Source: Calditrichia bacterium
GTDB lineage: Bacteria > Calditrichota > Calditrichia > JAJRVZ01
Assembly: GCA_963777955.1 (NCBI GenBank)
Contig: CAVZSQ010000003.1
Span: 64,001 to 128,000 of the forward strand
Direction: 5' to 3'
DNA length: 64,000 bases
Below the pieces are notes generated by a model. The model did not search any database and had not been told where the DNA came from. It saw only the letters and a program-made list of their open reading frames with translations. The translations under genes and the position numbers were made by a program. This document shows, piece by piece, positions 8,986 through 19,476 of the stretch. Numbering within the stretch: position 1 is the first letter of the stretch; each line of letters opens with the position of its first letter.

Positions 8986-11900
8986 ATGTCGGTGGGTAAA
9001 TACCGGATTTTAATAGTATCTATCTTGTGTTCCATGTTGTTTATAAAAATTCTGGTCGCCGGAACGACAGGTAAGATTGCCGGCCGGATTATGGAAAAAG
9101 ATTCGGGTAATCCCTTACCCGGAGTTAATGTCGTGGTCAAAGGAACTTATCTGGGTGCAGCCACGGATGTGGACGGTTATTATGCCATTCTTTCTGTTCC
9201 GCCCGGCATACAGAGTGTGGAAGCGAGCATGATTGGTTATGCAACCGTAACAGTAAACGAAGTGCGGGTGCAGATCGATCAAACTGCTCCGGTCAATATC
9301 GAAATGGTTTCGGAAGTAATCGAAGCAGCGAGTGTGGTCATCATCGCCGATAGAAACCTGGTAAAACCGGATGTCTCCACCAGCGTTTCAGCAGTACGAC
9401 CCGAGGAAATAGAAGCATTACCGGTAACCAATATTAATGATGTAGTAAGCCTGCAAGCCGGTGTTGAAAAGGGATTGGTTGTCAGGGGCGGTGGTGCGGA
9501 TGAACTGCTGTTTCAGGTGGATGGTGTCACTTTCCGCGATCCCAGAAATAATCAGCCTATCTCGGCTATTCCTTTGACTTCCATTCAGGAATTGTCCATT
9601 GAACGTGGAGGCTTTAATGCTGAATACGGACAGGTACGTTCCGGTATAGTCAACACGGTTCAGAAGGAAGGGGATGTTGCCAGCTATGCAGGTATGATGA
9701 CTGCGCGATATAGTCCTCCGCAGCAGAAGCATTTCGGCATATCTGTTTTCGATCCTAATTCCATGTGGAACCGGCCTTATCTGGATCCGGCTGTATGCTG
9801 GGTCGGTACCGCCAATGGATCATGGGACGAATATACCCAGCGGCAGTATCCGCAATTTGACGGCTGGGATGCAATTTCCAAGGGTTTGTTGGAAGATGAC
9901 GATCCCAACAATGATCTTTCCCCCGCTGCCTGTAAGCGTTACTACGAATGGACCCATCGCAGGCGGCCGATAACCGATGAACCTGATTATGATCTTGATG
10001 GAAGTTTTAGCGGACCTGTACCTTTTATCGGTAAGAAGCTGGGAAATTTGCGTTTTCTGGCCAGTTACCGGGTTGAAAGAGAGATGCTGCTGATTCCGCT
10101 CAGCCGGGCTGATTATAAGGATTATGTTTTTTCATTTAAAATAAATTCCGATATCAGCAGCAAAATGAAACTGATGATTACTTCGACAATGGGTAAATCG
10201 TATAATGTACCCATTAATCAGAATGATCAGCAATTCTGGAATCTTACTTTTGGTATAAATGGCACCAATGTCTGGAATCCTACAGATTTTATGCGGACTC
10301 CGCTGCAAATTGCAGCTGTTACCAATGAGCAACGACCCTCGAGAATTTTTTCCAATTCCTGGTATAGTCAGTCGGAAGTCAGTCATTTCACCTTTGCGGC
10401 CAAACTTACTAACTTTTTAAGTGCTTCGACCTACTACGAAGCAAGTTTTGAACATGTTTCCCGTGACTATCTGACCGGTCCTGTCCGGAACCGTGATCTG
10501 ACCAGGCGTTATGAAATCACCCCGGGTTATTTTGTGGATGAAGCTCCTTATGGCTATGATCCAAATCCGGATGCCGACCTTGCGGGAATGTTCTTCGGCG
10601 GTCACAGTTCCACTGCCCGTGATTCCAGTGATATTCAATCTTATGTTCTTAAAGGAGATCTGACCAGTCAGCTCAACAAGCAACATCTGGTTAAAACCGG
10701 AATTGAGTTTTCCTATTATAATCTCAATCTGGATTATGGCTTGCTTAATGTATATTTTGGCGATGTGAACTGGGTAAAAGAGAAGTGGAATCCTTACCGC
10801 CTGTCGATGTATGCCCAGGACAAGATCGAGGCTCTGGGCTTTATCGCCAATATAGGTGTAAGATTGGATCTGAGTAATCCGAATACGGACTGGGTGAATG
10901 TGGATCCTTTCAATAAAGGCTACTATTCAACCAGTTATAGTACGGATTCCACCTATGCCAGAGAAAAAGCCAAGGTCGATGTCGCCTTCAGTCCGCGGCT
11001 GGGTATATCGCATCCCATTACTGAGAATTCAAAGTTGTATTTTAATTATGGCCATTTTAAGGAATTGCCCGCTTATGAAGAAATTTTCCGGTTAGGCCGG
11101 GGCTCAGCGGGTAGTATGCGCAATAATGGCGATCCCAATTTAGAGCAGGCCAGGACTATCTCCTATGAATTGGGCTATGATCATGTCATAGCTACTGACT
11201 ATCTGATCCAGCTGGCTGCTTTTTATCATGATATCACCAGTCAGCAGGGTTTTACCCAGTATCTGAGTGACAGAAAGGGTATCGGTTATTTTGCCGCTAA
11301 TAATAACAATTACCGGGATATCCGCGGATTCGAACTTACCCTCAGAAAAAATTACGGTACCTGGATACGTGGATTTGCTAATTATACTTATATGAATGTG
11401 ACTCAGGGAGCTTTTGGCAAGCAAACCATTGATGAAGATCCCTATCGGCAGCGATTGATTGATCAGAACACCCCATTATTATATCAGCAAAAACCTGTAC
11501 CGCAACCCCGGGCCAATGCAAGTTTAATGTTTTTAACCCCGACGGAATTTGGACCGGAATTACTGGGTATCAAACCGGCAGCCGATTGGTCGCTGAATAT
11601 ACTGGCGCAGTGGCAAGCCGGTGCCTGGTTTACCTATCAGAAATATGTGATTGCCGAAGAGGTCAACAACGTGCAGACAACCGATATCTTCAATTTTGAT
11701 CTGCGCTTGAATAAATCTTTCGATTTTAAAGCATTAAGTGTGACCCTGTTCATGCAGGTAGAAAATGCTTTCAATTTCAAAAGAATGTCCGGGGAGAGTT
11801 TTTATAATACTTTCGATTTCCAGTACTATATGGAATCGCTGCATCTGCCGGAGAATCGTGCTTATGATAATATTCCCGGTGATGACCGGGCCGGTGATTA

Positions 11901-12180
11901 TCGCAAACCCGGCGTGGCCTATCAACCAATCGAACAGAGTGGAAACGTAAATGGCATACCTGCTGCTAATATCAGATATGGTGTGATTTATTATGACGGG
12001 CCGACTAAAAAATACATGTATTTTCCGGAGGGCGCCACTATCCCTGTTGAAGTAGAAAAAGGCCGGATGCAAAAGATTCTGGATGATAAAGCCTATATCG
12101 ATATGCCCAACAACACTTCCTTTACGTTTCTGAATCCCAGACAGTTTTTCTATGGGATTACGTTAACCTTTAAATTATAA
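8986..12180 (+). CDS. TonB-dependent receptor with N-terminal carboxypeptidase-regulatory-like domain
   Basis: Signal peptide, GTTGKIAG..PLPGVNV..GT..GAATDVDGYY, plug motifs VRGG..E..F.VDG and GGFNAEYG..SGIVN, SPRLG.S, YFNYGHF, terminal beta-strand PRQFFYGITLTFKL. Confidence 0.92.
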   Translation: MSVGKYRILIVSILCSMLFIKILVAGTTGKIAGRIMEKDSGNPLPGVNVVVKGTYLGAATDVDGYYAILSVPPGIQSVEASMIGYATVTVNEVRVQIDQTAPVNIEMVSEVIEAASVVIIADRNLVKPDVSTSVSAVRPEEIEALPVTNINDVVSLQAGVEKGLVVRGGGADELLFQVDGVTFRDPRNNQPISAIPLTSIQELSIERGGFNAEYGQVRSGIVNTVQKEGDVASYAGMMTARYSPPQQKHFGISVFDPNSMWNRPYLDPAVCWVGTANGSWDEYTQRQYPQFDGWDAISKGLLEDDDPNNDLSPAACKRYYEWTHRRRPITDEPDYDLDGSFSGPVPFIGKKLGNLRFLASYRVEREMLLIPLSRADYKDYVFSFKINSDISSKMKLMITSTMGKSYNVPINQNDQQFWNLTFGINGTNVWNPTDFMRTPLQIAAVTNEQRPSRIFSNSWYSQSEVSHFTFAAKLTNFLSASTYYEASFEHVSRDYLTGPVRNRDLTRRYEITPGYFVDEAPYGYDPNPDADLAGMFFGGHSSTARDSSDIQSYVLKGDLTSQLNKQHLVKTGIEFSYYNLNLDYGLLNVYFGDVNWVKEKWNPYRLSMYAQDKIEALGFIANIGVRLDLSNPNTDWVNVDPFNKGYYSTSYSTDSTYAREKAKVDVAFSPRLGISHPITENSKLYFNYGHFKELPAYEEIFRLGRGSAGSMRNNGDPNLEQARTISYELGYDHVIATDYLIQLAAFYHDITSQQGFTQYLSDRKGIGYFAANNNNYRDIRGFELTLRKNYGTWIRGFANYTYMNVTQGAFGKQTIDEDPYRQRLIDQNTPLLYQQKPVPQPRANASLMFLTPTEFGPELLGIKPAADWSLNILAQWQAGAWFTYQKYVIAEEVNNVQTTDIFNFDLRLNKSFDFKALSVTLFMQVENAFNFKRMSGESFYNTFDFQYYMESLHLPENRAYDNIPGDDRAGDYRKPGVAYQPIEQSGNVNGIPAANIRYGVIYYDGPTKKYMYFPEGATIPVEVEKGRMQKILDDKAYIDMPNNTSFTFLNPRQFFYGITLTFKL

Positions 12181-12214
12181 ATAGAATATTCTGATAATAC
12201 GAGGTATTAGTCAC

Positions 12215-14387
12215 ATGGTTAAAAGATATTGGTCAAGAGCGATTATCATCATCATAATGTTGTATGCAGCCGGTATCGATGATTCCCAGTGTTTATATGC
12301 CCAGGTTACCGGCCCGCAGGAGGTCAGATGGATCTGGGTGGGTTCCTTACGGCACTGGTTTTCCAGTGGTGGCGCTGAAATTGAATACGGCCGGCGCAGC
12401 AGAGCATTTCTGAAGCACCGATCAGATCGATGGATTAATGTGGCCGGCGCAGTATAGTAACCAGGATGTCAATTGCGGTAAAAGTTTATGGATCGGCACC
12501 ACAAATTTTGCTGATCCCATCGATGGACGGACTTTCCCCTGCAAGGTTGTCAAAGCCGGCCGGCCATTTATGTACATCAATACCGAAATATTCCCTGCGG
12601 AGTTTGCCCTGATTGCCCGGTCTGAACGTCCTGCAGTGCTGGTTGACCAGATGAGTTCTTCGGATCTTGATTATAATGATGAGGTTGATCAGATTGATCC
12701 GAATCTGGAAGCCGACCGTATGATTTACAATACTATTAATACTACAGTCGGAGTGACGGTTACCAGAAAAGTGCGGGCTTTCAGCCAGCAGTACCATGAT
12801 AATTATTTTATTTACGAATATGTTTTTAAAAATACGGGTATAATTGATAATACAGGAGTACAGAAATTATCCGCTGACCTGACCGGTGTTATTTTTCACT
12901 TCCAGTACCGTTATGCCTTTGCCGGGGAATCCTACCGGGGCGGCTGGTCGCCTTCCGGTGTGAGTTGGGGAAGAAATGCTATCAATGATGTAGTGGGACA
13001 GGATGCCGCCCATACTCTGCCGCCGCCCAACGATTTCCGTGCAATCTTTGCTTACTACGGGCCAACGCCCAGTGCAACAAGTGTAGCCGCTGATATTGGC
13101 TTACCCAATCGTCAATCGGGCTATATAATGGCCGGTACAAAATTTGCCGGAGTCATTGTACTGCATGCCGATGCTTCACCCCAGGATCATAGCGACGATC
13201 CGGCTCAACCTGCTACAACTCAATTTATGGGTTCCGACCAGGATGGGCAGTCAGTCAATCAATACGATGCTTCGTTAATGGAAGAGTCGTATAGTTTCAT
13301 GTCGGCAGGTCATCCGTCGCAAACTCATGCCGACCGGATCGGCAAAGATGCGAACGGCTGGCCGAGCGGCATTGCCGATATTCCGGTAGGGTTGACTGAT
13401 CCGGGCGGTTATTCCTCCGCAATGGGATTCGGTCCTTATACCATGGCCATCGGTGATAGCATCAGAATTGTGCTGGCTGAGGCGATTGAGGGACTGGATA
13501 AAGATCGTTTATTGAATAAAGAGATAAGCAGAAAGTGGTTTACCAAAACCCCGCCCTATGTTCTGCCTGATCAAAGCACTACTACCGATGCTGATATCTA
13601 CAAAAACACCTGGGTATTTAAAGGTAAAGACTGGTTATTTGAATCTTTTCGCAGGGCCAGAGCGAATTATAACAGCGGATACCAGATCGCCCGGCCGCCG
13701 GATCCTCCCCAACAGTTCACCATTAATTCCAGCGGCAATAAAATATCTCTGACCTGGTCTAATAATGCCGAAGCGGAAGCGACTTTTGCCGGGTATCAGA
13801 TATTCCGTGCCGAAGGCAGACCGGATACGACTTACGATCTGATCTTTTCCTGCGACAAAAACAACGTCGTGAATAATTTTGACGACAGAACCGCCCGCCG
13901 GGGATTTACTTACTATTACTATATACAAACCAAAGATGACGGTTCGACCAATACTGATGCTGCCCTGAATCCCGTCGGTCCGCTGGTCAGCAGCAGATTT
14001 TACACGCAAACCAATCGCGAAGCCTATTTAACCCGCCCTGCCGGTACCAGCCTCAGCGATATACGGGTAGTGCCCAATCCCTATAATATCAGCATGAAAG
14101 ATCTGCAATTTGGACAGGATATTCCTGACCGGCTCGCTTTTTATGGCCTGCCCCCATTTTGCAGGATAAAAATCTATACGGAAACCGGAGATCTGATTGA
14201 AACGATCGATCATACCAACGGCAGTGGCGATGACTACTGGCACTCTTTGACTTCATCCAACCAGCTGGTGGTCAGTGGTTTATATATAGCATATTTTGAA
14301 GTTACTAAAGATACCTACAACGAGCAGGGTAAATTAATTTTCAAGAAGGGTGATAATATTTTCCGAAAATTTATAATAATTCGATGA
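12215..14387 (+). CDS. Secreted FN3-domain protein with T9SS-like C-terminal domain, co-encoded with the TonB receptor (one +1 frameshift near 12410)
   Basis: Signal peptide in 12215-12457; removing one base gives ...FLSTDQIDGLMWP joining ORF 12438. FN3-like ISLTW..GYQIFR..D....G.TYYYYI; CTD-like IRVVPNPY..IKIYTETGDLI..W..SGLYI..KFIIIR. Confidence 0.75.
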
Positions 14388-14408
14388 TAAAAGCAGTGGG
14401 AGAACGAA

Positions 14409-15158
14409 ATGTGTTATAAAGGGAAGAATAACTATCTTTACGCCTGGAAGTTAGTACTGGCAAGTCTGTTTCTGTTAACGGTGATAGGATGTGATAGTTT
14501 ACTGCCTGAAAAATTACAGGAAAAAGAATACGAAGCAGCTGAACTTGATCAAAATGCCTGTTACTGGCTTTCACTTCCGGATACTCTCTATGACTCGCTG
14601 GCATATAGAGTGCAGGCCCGTACCTTGCAAAGTTGTCTGACCGGAGCGGATACAATGTGGCTGGATTCGGCGGATAATAAGATCATATATGCCAATTTCA
14701 ACCACCTGACCGACAGTCTGAAAACGCTGGAGCGCAATTCCTTATTATTGATTGGTTACCCGGCTGACCAGGATACAGTTTATACTGTCCTGAATGTCAC
14801 CGCCGGACAAGCAGCCTCCACAAATTTATACCTGAGTTTAGAATATTATTACGATACTGAAAATGAAACAAATACCACCAATGTGAATGAATATGTTACG
14901 ATTGAACTGTTGAAACAGGACACTACCCGGGTCAGTTCAGCCATTGATCTGCAAGGCGAGACCCTGTCGGGGTGCAGCAAGGAAGTTATTATCGCCCAGG
15001 ATGAACGGATTATACCCGTAATTAGAGGGCGCTACAAATTTCAACTGGCCGAGGGTGTGTATGTTGTCCGTTATATTTTAACCAATCCAGTGAATATAGC
15101 GCCTTTTCTCAAAGGTACAAACAGGCGGAATTATTTTTTTAAAGTTGTTATATTATAA
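14409..15158 (+). CDS. Hypothetical lipoprotein
   Basis: Hydrophobic leader ending LTVIGC followed by acidic residues (DSLLPE); beta-rich C-terminus; no family recognised. Confidence 0.7.
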   Translation: MCYKGKNNYLYAWKLVLASLFLLTVIGCDSLLPEKLQEKEYEAAELDQNACYWLSLPDTLYDSLAYRVQARTLQSCLTGADTMWLDSADNKIIYANFNHLTDSLKTLERNSLLLIGYPADQDTVYTVLNVTAGQAASTNLYLSLEYYYDTENETNTTNVNEYVTIELLKQDTTRVSSAIDLQGETLSGCSKEVIIAQDERIIPVIRGRYKFQLAEGVYVVRYILTNPVNIAPFLKGTNRRNYFFKVVIL

Positions 15159-15197
15159 TTGTGCTAAAAATGAAATTCCAAAAGGAGAATATATAAA

Positions 15198-16220
15198 GTG
15201 AAACGATTAACAATAACCTGCTGGACAGCAATATTAATAATCGGATTGCTTACATCTCTATCCTATGGTCAGGAAAAGTGGGCGCAAACCGGTTTTAACT
15301 TTCTCAATGTATCATCCGATGCCAGGGCAGCGGCGATGGGTGATGCAGTTAATTCTATTTCCGGATATTCGGGTGCACTATTTCATAATCCTGCTACGAT
15401 GGCGGAAATGCCCACATTATTCACTGCCGATTTCAGTATAAATTCATGGATAGCGGATATTAAGTATTTAGAACTGAGTTTGATTGTCGCTCCCTATTCC
15501 GGAGATTATGGTGTGGTCGGTATCAGTTTGCAATCGGTGGACTACGGTGATGTTCTCGGTACTATGGTCTGGAATAATAGTCAGGGTTATGTCGATACCG
15601 AAGTACTGAATCCTGCCGCGCTAGCTATCGGCATCGGTTATGCTAAAATGCTGTCGGATCGTTTCGGAGTTGGCGGGCAGATTCGCCTGGCCTATCAGGC
15701 TCTGGGTAAAAGTATTGTCCCATCCGCATCCGGCAACAGTTTATTAACCAAAAGAAATGTTGCCGACGCAATAGCCTATGATTTCGGTACCATTTTCAAA
15801 ACTGGTGTCAAAAGTCTGGCCTTCGGCATGTCGGTGCGTAATTTTTCCCAGGAAGTAAAGTACGAGGAAGAAGGATTCCAGCTGCCCCTGCTGTTTACTT
15901 TAGGGATATCGGCAAATTTGTTTGATTTCATGGAAGTAGGCGGACCAGAACAGGTTCTGCTGCTCTCGCTTGATGCCACCCATCCCCGTTCCCATCCGGA
16001 GCAGATAAAAATGGGAATGGAATATCAGTTAATGAAAGTCCTGGCCTTAAGGGGCGGATATATTACCAGTAATTCTGAAGACGGTGTGACTTTTGGTCTG
16101 GGAGTGACTTCGGCCGGTCTGGGTATGACTTCGCTGGGTAGTTTTAAAGTTGATTATTCGTATACACCGTTCGGCGTGTTTGATAATGTCCAACGGTTCA
16201 CCGTATCTTTATCACTGTAA
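15198..16220 (+). CDS. PorV/PorQ-family outer-membrane beta-barrel
   Basis: Signal peptide, AQTGFNFL.V..DARAAAMGDA, FHNPA, alternating beta-strands, LALRGGY, VDYSY..FG.F..VQRFTVS. GTG start with AGGAG RBS. Confidence 0.85.
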   Translation: MKRLTITCWTAILIIGLLTSLSYGQEKWAQTGFNFLNVSSDARAAAMGDAVNSISGYSGALFHNPATMAEMPTLFTADFSINSWIADIKYLELSLIVAPYSGDYGVVGISLQSVDYGDVLGTMVWNNSQGYVDTEVLNPAALAIGIGYAKMLSDRFGVGGQIRLAYQALGKSIVPSASGNSLLTKRNVADAIAYDFGTIFKTGVKSLAFGMSVRNFSQEVKYEEEGFQLPLLFTLGISANLFDFMEVGGPEQVLLLSLDATHPRSHPEQIKMGMEYQLMKVLALRGGYITSNSEDGVTFGLGVTSAGLGMTSLGSFKVDYSYTPFGVFDNVQRFTVSLSL

Positions 16221-16240
16221 ACTTATAGAGTGGCGAGAAT

Positions 16241-17503
16241 ATGAAAAATAAAAAATCAGTTTACTGCCTTCTGGGCCTGGCTGTGTTCATCTTAGGAATG
16301 GTCAGCGCCTGTAATGTCTTTAATGAACCTGATGCGATTTACAATCCCACCACGACGGTGGATCCGGCTATAACCGGTGTAACTCCGGCGGGAGGGGCCA
16401 TGGCCGGGGTCAGGAAAATTACCATCAGTGGTGAAAATTTTGTAACCAATCTTGATTCGATTGATGTTTATTTCGGCTCGCAAGCGGCGATAATAGACAG
16501 TGCCACTATTACTTCGACCCAATTGGTGGTTAATCGTCCGCTTAATTACGGACAGTCGCTTGAGGTCAAGGTTGTAATTCCGTCACGGATGGGAATCGCC
16601 AAGAGTTTTAATTATAACCTGGAGCAACCGATAGAGACCTGGGGTAATTTCAGCACAATTGCCCGTGAATTCTATACCATGGAAATTGATAACCAGGATA
16701 GATTATGGATCAGCGCACGGAGATATATTTACACAGTATCGTCTGACGGGCTGTATGTCACGTTGTATAAAAATGATAAAATGGGTTTAGGTTCTAAATA
16801 TTCTGAATTTACCGATATGCGTTACGGAGGGGGAGGATACCTGTATTTTGTTCTGGGAAATCAGAAGGATATTTACCGTATTAATACGACCAGCTGTTCA
16901 TGTGAGAACGATTCACTCCCTCCGGAAGTATATTGTACCCTTCCGGGCAATATATCTAAAATGGATTTTAACGATAACGGTAATATTTATACAGGTAAGA
17001 ATACAGGTTTATACCTGGTGGATGCGGCAAAAAATATAACTGCCACTGGCCTGTACAGCGGCTTTACCCTTGTGGATATACATATATATGACGATTATGT
17101 GTACGTGGCAGATGCGACCCGTGTTTATAAAAGTGCTATCCAGGGCGATGGCAGCCTGGCTGGCCAGGAACTGCTGGTTGATCTAACCGTATTGCCTGAA
17201 GATATATATGAGGTGAGTACATGTAAAATTTTATCATTTAGTATTGATATTAATGGTAAAATTTACTTATGTTTAGATAATCATCCGCAATATTCGGTAT
17301 TTTGTCTTGAAGATGATGGGACAGTTACTCCATTTTATATTGATAATATCTTACCGCAGGGAGTTGAACAATTGATCTGGGGTAATTCCAGGTATTTATT
17401 CTTAAACAGAGGTATGGGCGTATCGGTCGATTCACTGCGCGGTGTTCACCGGATGGGTATGATGAATGACGGCGCCCCCTATCTGGGCCGGGATTTACCT
17501 TAA
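16241..17503 (+). CDS. IPT/TIG-domain lipoprotein with C-terminal beta-propeller
   Basis: Lipobox MVSAC; IPT motif PAITGVTP..ITISGENF..VYFG..A; repeated blade motifs (ID..D.LW, FND.GNIY, IDINGKIY). Confidence 0.78.
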   Translation: MKNKKSVYCLLGLAVFILGMVSACNVFNEPDAIYNPTTTVDPAITGVTPAGGAMAGVRKITISGENFVTNLDSIDVYFGSQAAIIDSATITSTQLVVNRPLNYGQSLEVKVVIPSRMGIAKSFNYNLEQPIETWGNFSTIAREFYTMEIDNQDRLWISARRYIYTVSSDGLYVTLYKNDKMGLGSKYSEFTDMRYGGGGYLYFVLGNQKDIYRINTTSCSCENDSLPPEVYCTLPGNISKMDFNDNGNIYTGKNTGLYLVDAAKNITATGLYSGFTLVDIHIYDDYVYVADATRVYKSAIQGDGSLAGQELLVDLTVLPEDIYEVSTCKILSFSIDINGKIYLCLDNHPQYSVFCLEDDGTVTPFYIDNILPQGVEQLIWGNSRYLFLNRGMGVSVDSLRGVHRMGMMNDGAPYLGRDLP

Positions 17504-17671
17504 TAATGATACTAACATTAAATCAGGACAAACACTTAAATTTATTTAATAATTAAAAAAGCCGGTACAACAAAAAATAATCTTAGAATGAGATTAGAAA
17601 GGAGGATGCTGGGGAGAAAGAATGTATTGTTTTTTTTGGCTAAACGGAATTAACTATACAAGGAGAAAAGA

Positions 17672-19320
17672 ATGAAGAAGCTTTTTACGATTTTTGCACT
17701 GCTTGTGCTTGCTTTCTGTTTCACGGCAACATTGTATGCCGGGAATAAAACAATGGATGGTGATGTTCTGCAAGTACGCAAAGTCTGCCGAACCACCGGC
17801 CATTGATGGTGAAATGGATGATATCTGGTGCAATGTAACCGCAATGCCTCTGACTAAGTTCGAGGGTGTGCCCAGAGATTCAATCATGGATTTTGATGAT
17901 CATTCCGCTACCGTTCGTGTCATGTGGGATGATGCGGCAATTTATTTTCTGATAACTGCTATGGATGATTCCTCCTGGGCTCTGGATGCCTCATCCGCCT
18001 GGTTGAATGATGCCGTGGAAATGTTCTTTGACGGTGGGAATGAAGACGCTGCTTCCTATGACGCCAATGACATTCAATGGCGCTGGGTCCGTGATGAAAC
18101 TCCCGAGAATAATCCAATCGGCGATGGCCCGGGAACTTATGCTTGGGCAGATCATAACGGCAGTTATGTGTTTGAGCTGCATGATTGCTCAGGATCAACT
18201 GTTGAAGAATAGCGCCGAGATATTTTCTCTGGTTGGCGATACTGAAATCGGCTGGGAAGTTTCCAATGCCGATCGTGAAAGTCTCGAGGGAACCCGTCAG
18301 GATGTACTGCATTGGTGGACCGATAATGCCTTTACCTGGCAACAACCGGCCTCTTTCGGTACTGCCTTATTGACCGAGGTACCAGTGGGCACAGTTCTGC
18401 TTGCCAAACACGCCGATGTACCACCGGCTATTGATGGTGAAATGTCAGAAGGCGAATGGAGTCAAGCCGAGGAAATAGCCCTGACCAAGTTTGAAGGTGT
18501 CCTGGATGCTTATCCTCCGGATTCCACACTGGTCAACTGGAAAGATCATACCTCATCCTTCTGGATCTTGTGGGATGAAAGTGCTCTGTATGTCTGCTTG
18601 AAAGCATATGATGATTCCTCCTGGGCTCTGGATGCCTCATCCGCCTGGTTGAATGATGCCATCGAAATGTTCTTTGACGGTGGGAATGAAGACGCTGCTT
18701 CCTATGACGCCAATGACATTCAATGGCGCTGGGTCCGTGATGAAACTCCCGAGAACAATCCTATCGGTGATGGCCCGGGTACCTATGCTTGGGTAGATAT
18801 AGAAGGTGGTTATATATTTGAGCTGATGATTGCTCAGGATCAACTGTTGAAGAACAGCGTTCAGATATTTACTCTCGCTGAAGACACGGAAATCGGTTAT
18901 GAAATTTCCAATGCCGATCGTGAAAGTCTCGAGGGAACCCGCCAGGATGTACGTCATTGGTGGACCGATAATGCCTTTACCTGGCAGCAACCTGCCTCGT
19001 TCGGTACGGTACTTTTGTCGCCATCCACTGCAGTCAGACCCGGCGACCAGGTAGTTAACGGCTATAAACTCGAGCAAAATTACCCGAATCCTTTTAACCC
19101 CACGACTGAAATAGCTTATACTCTGCCGAAAACTGAAAAGGTAAAGGTAGTTGTTTATAACCTGTTAGGTGATCAGGTAGCACAGCTGGTGAATACCACC
19201 CAGCATGCCGGACCGCATACGGTTACTTTTAATGCAGCAAATCTGGCCAGTGGCGTCTACTTCTATCAATTAGAAGCCGGAAGCATCAATCTGGTGAAAA
19301 AGATGATGTTCATTAAATAG
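17672..19320 (+). CDS. Tandem CBM9-like sugar-binding protein with T9SS type A sorting domain (+1 frameshifts near 17755 and at 18180)
   Basis: AAGGAG RBS, ATG 17672, signal MKKLFTIFALLVLAFCFTATLYA; two PPAIDGEM..W..MWD...LY..DD..D.VEMFFD..Y.FE...IG.EVS.AD..FG domains; CTD LEQNYPNPFNPTTEI...SGVYFYQL..KKMMFIK. No catalytic domain seen. Confidence 0.82.
17964..19007 (+). repeat. Intragenic near-identical duplication, about 400 bp (17964-18362 vs 18610-19007)
   Basis: 17964-18014 equals 18610-18660 and 18018-18109 equals 18664-18755 base for base. Offset is 646 before and 645 after the extra C at 18180. Confidence 0.92.
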
Positions 19321-19348
19321 TCACCAGTTTTTATTGTTTTTGTTGTTT

Positions 19349-19387
19349 AAAACGTCTGTGTCTTAATTGACACAGACGTTTTTTTTT
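19349..19387 (+). terminator. Rho-independent terminator ending the TonB-receptor operon
   Basis: AAAACGTCTGTGTC-TTAATT-GACACAGACGTTTT perfect 14-bp stem followed by T run. Confidence 0.9.
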
Positions 19388-19476
19388 AATCTGCAGCTGT
19401 GTATATTTATAGATCATAGTATCACAATCGCCAAATGCCGTGATAATAAATCATATAGAATTATAAGGAGTTGATC

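Noticed and set aside
17964..19007. Possible diversity-generating retroelement TR/VR pair
   Set aside because: Both copies are in-frame domains of one gene, differences are not adenine-specific, and no reverse transcriptase is in the window.
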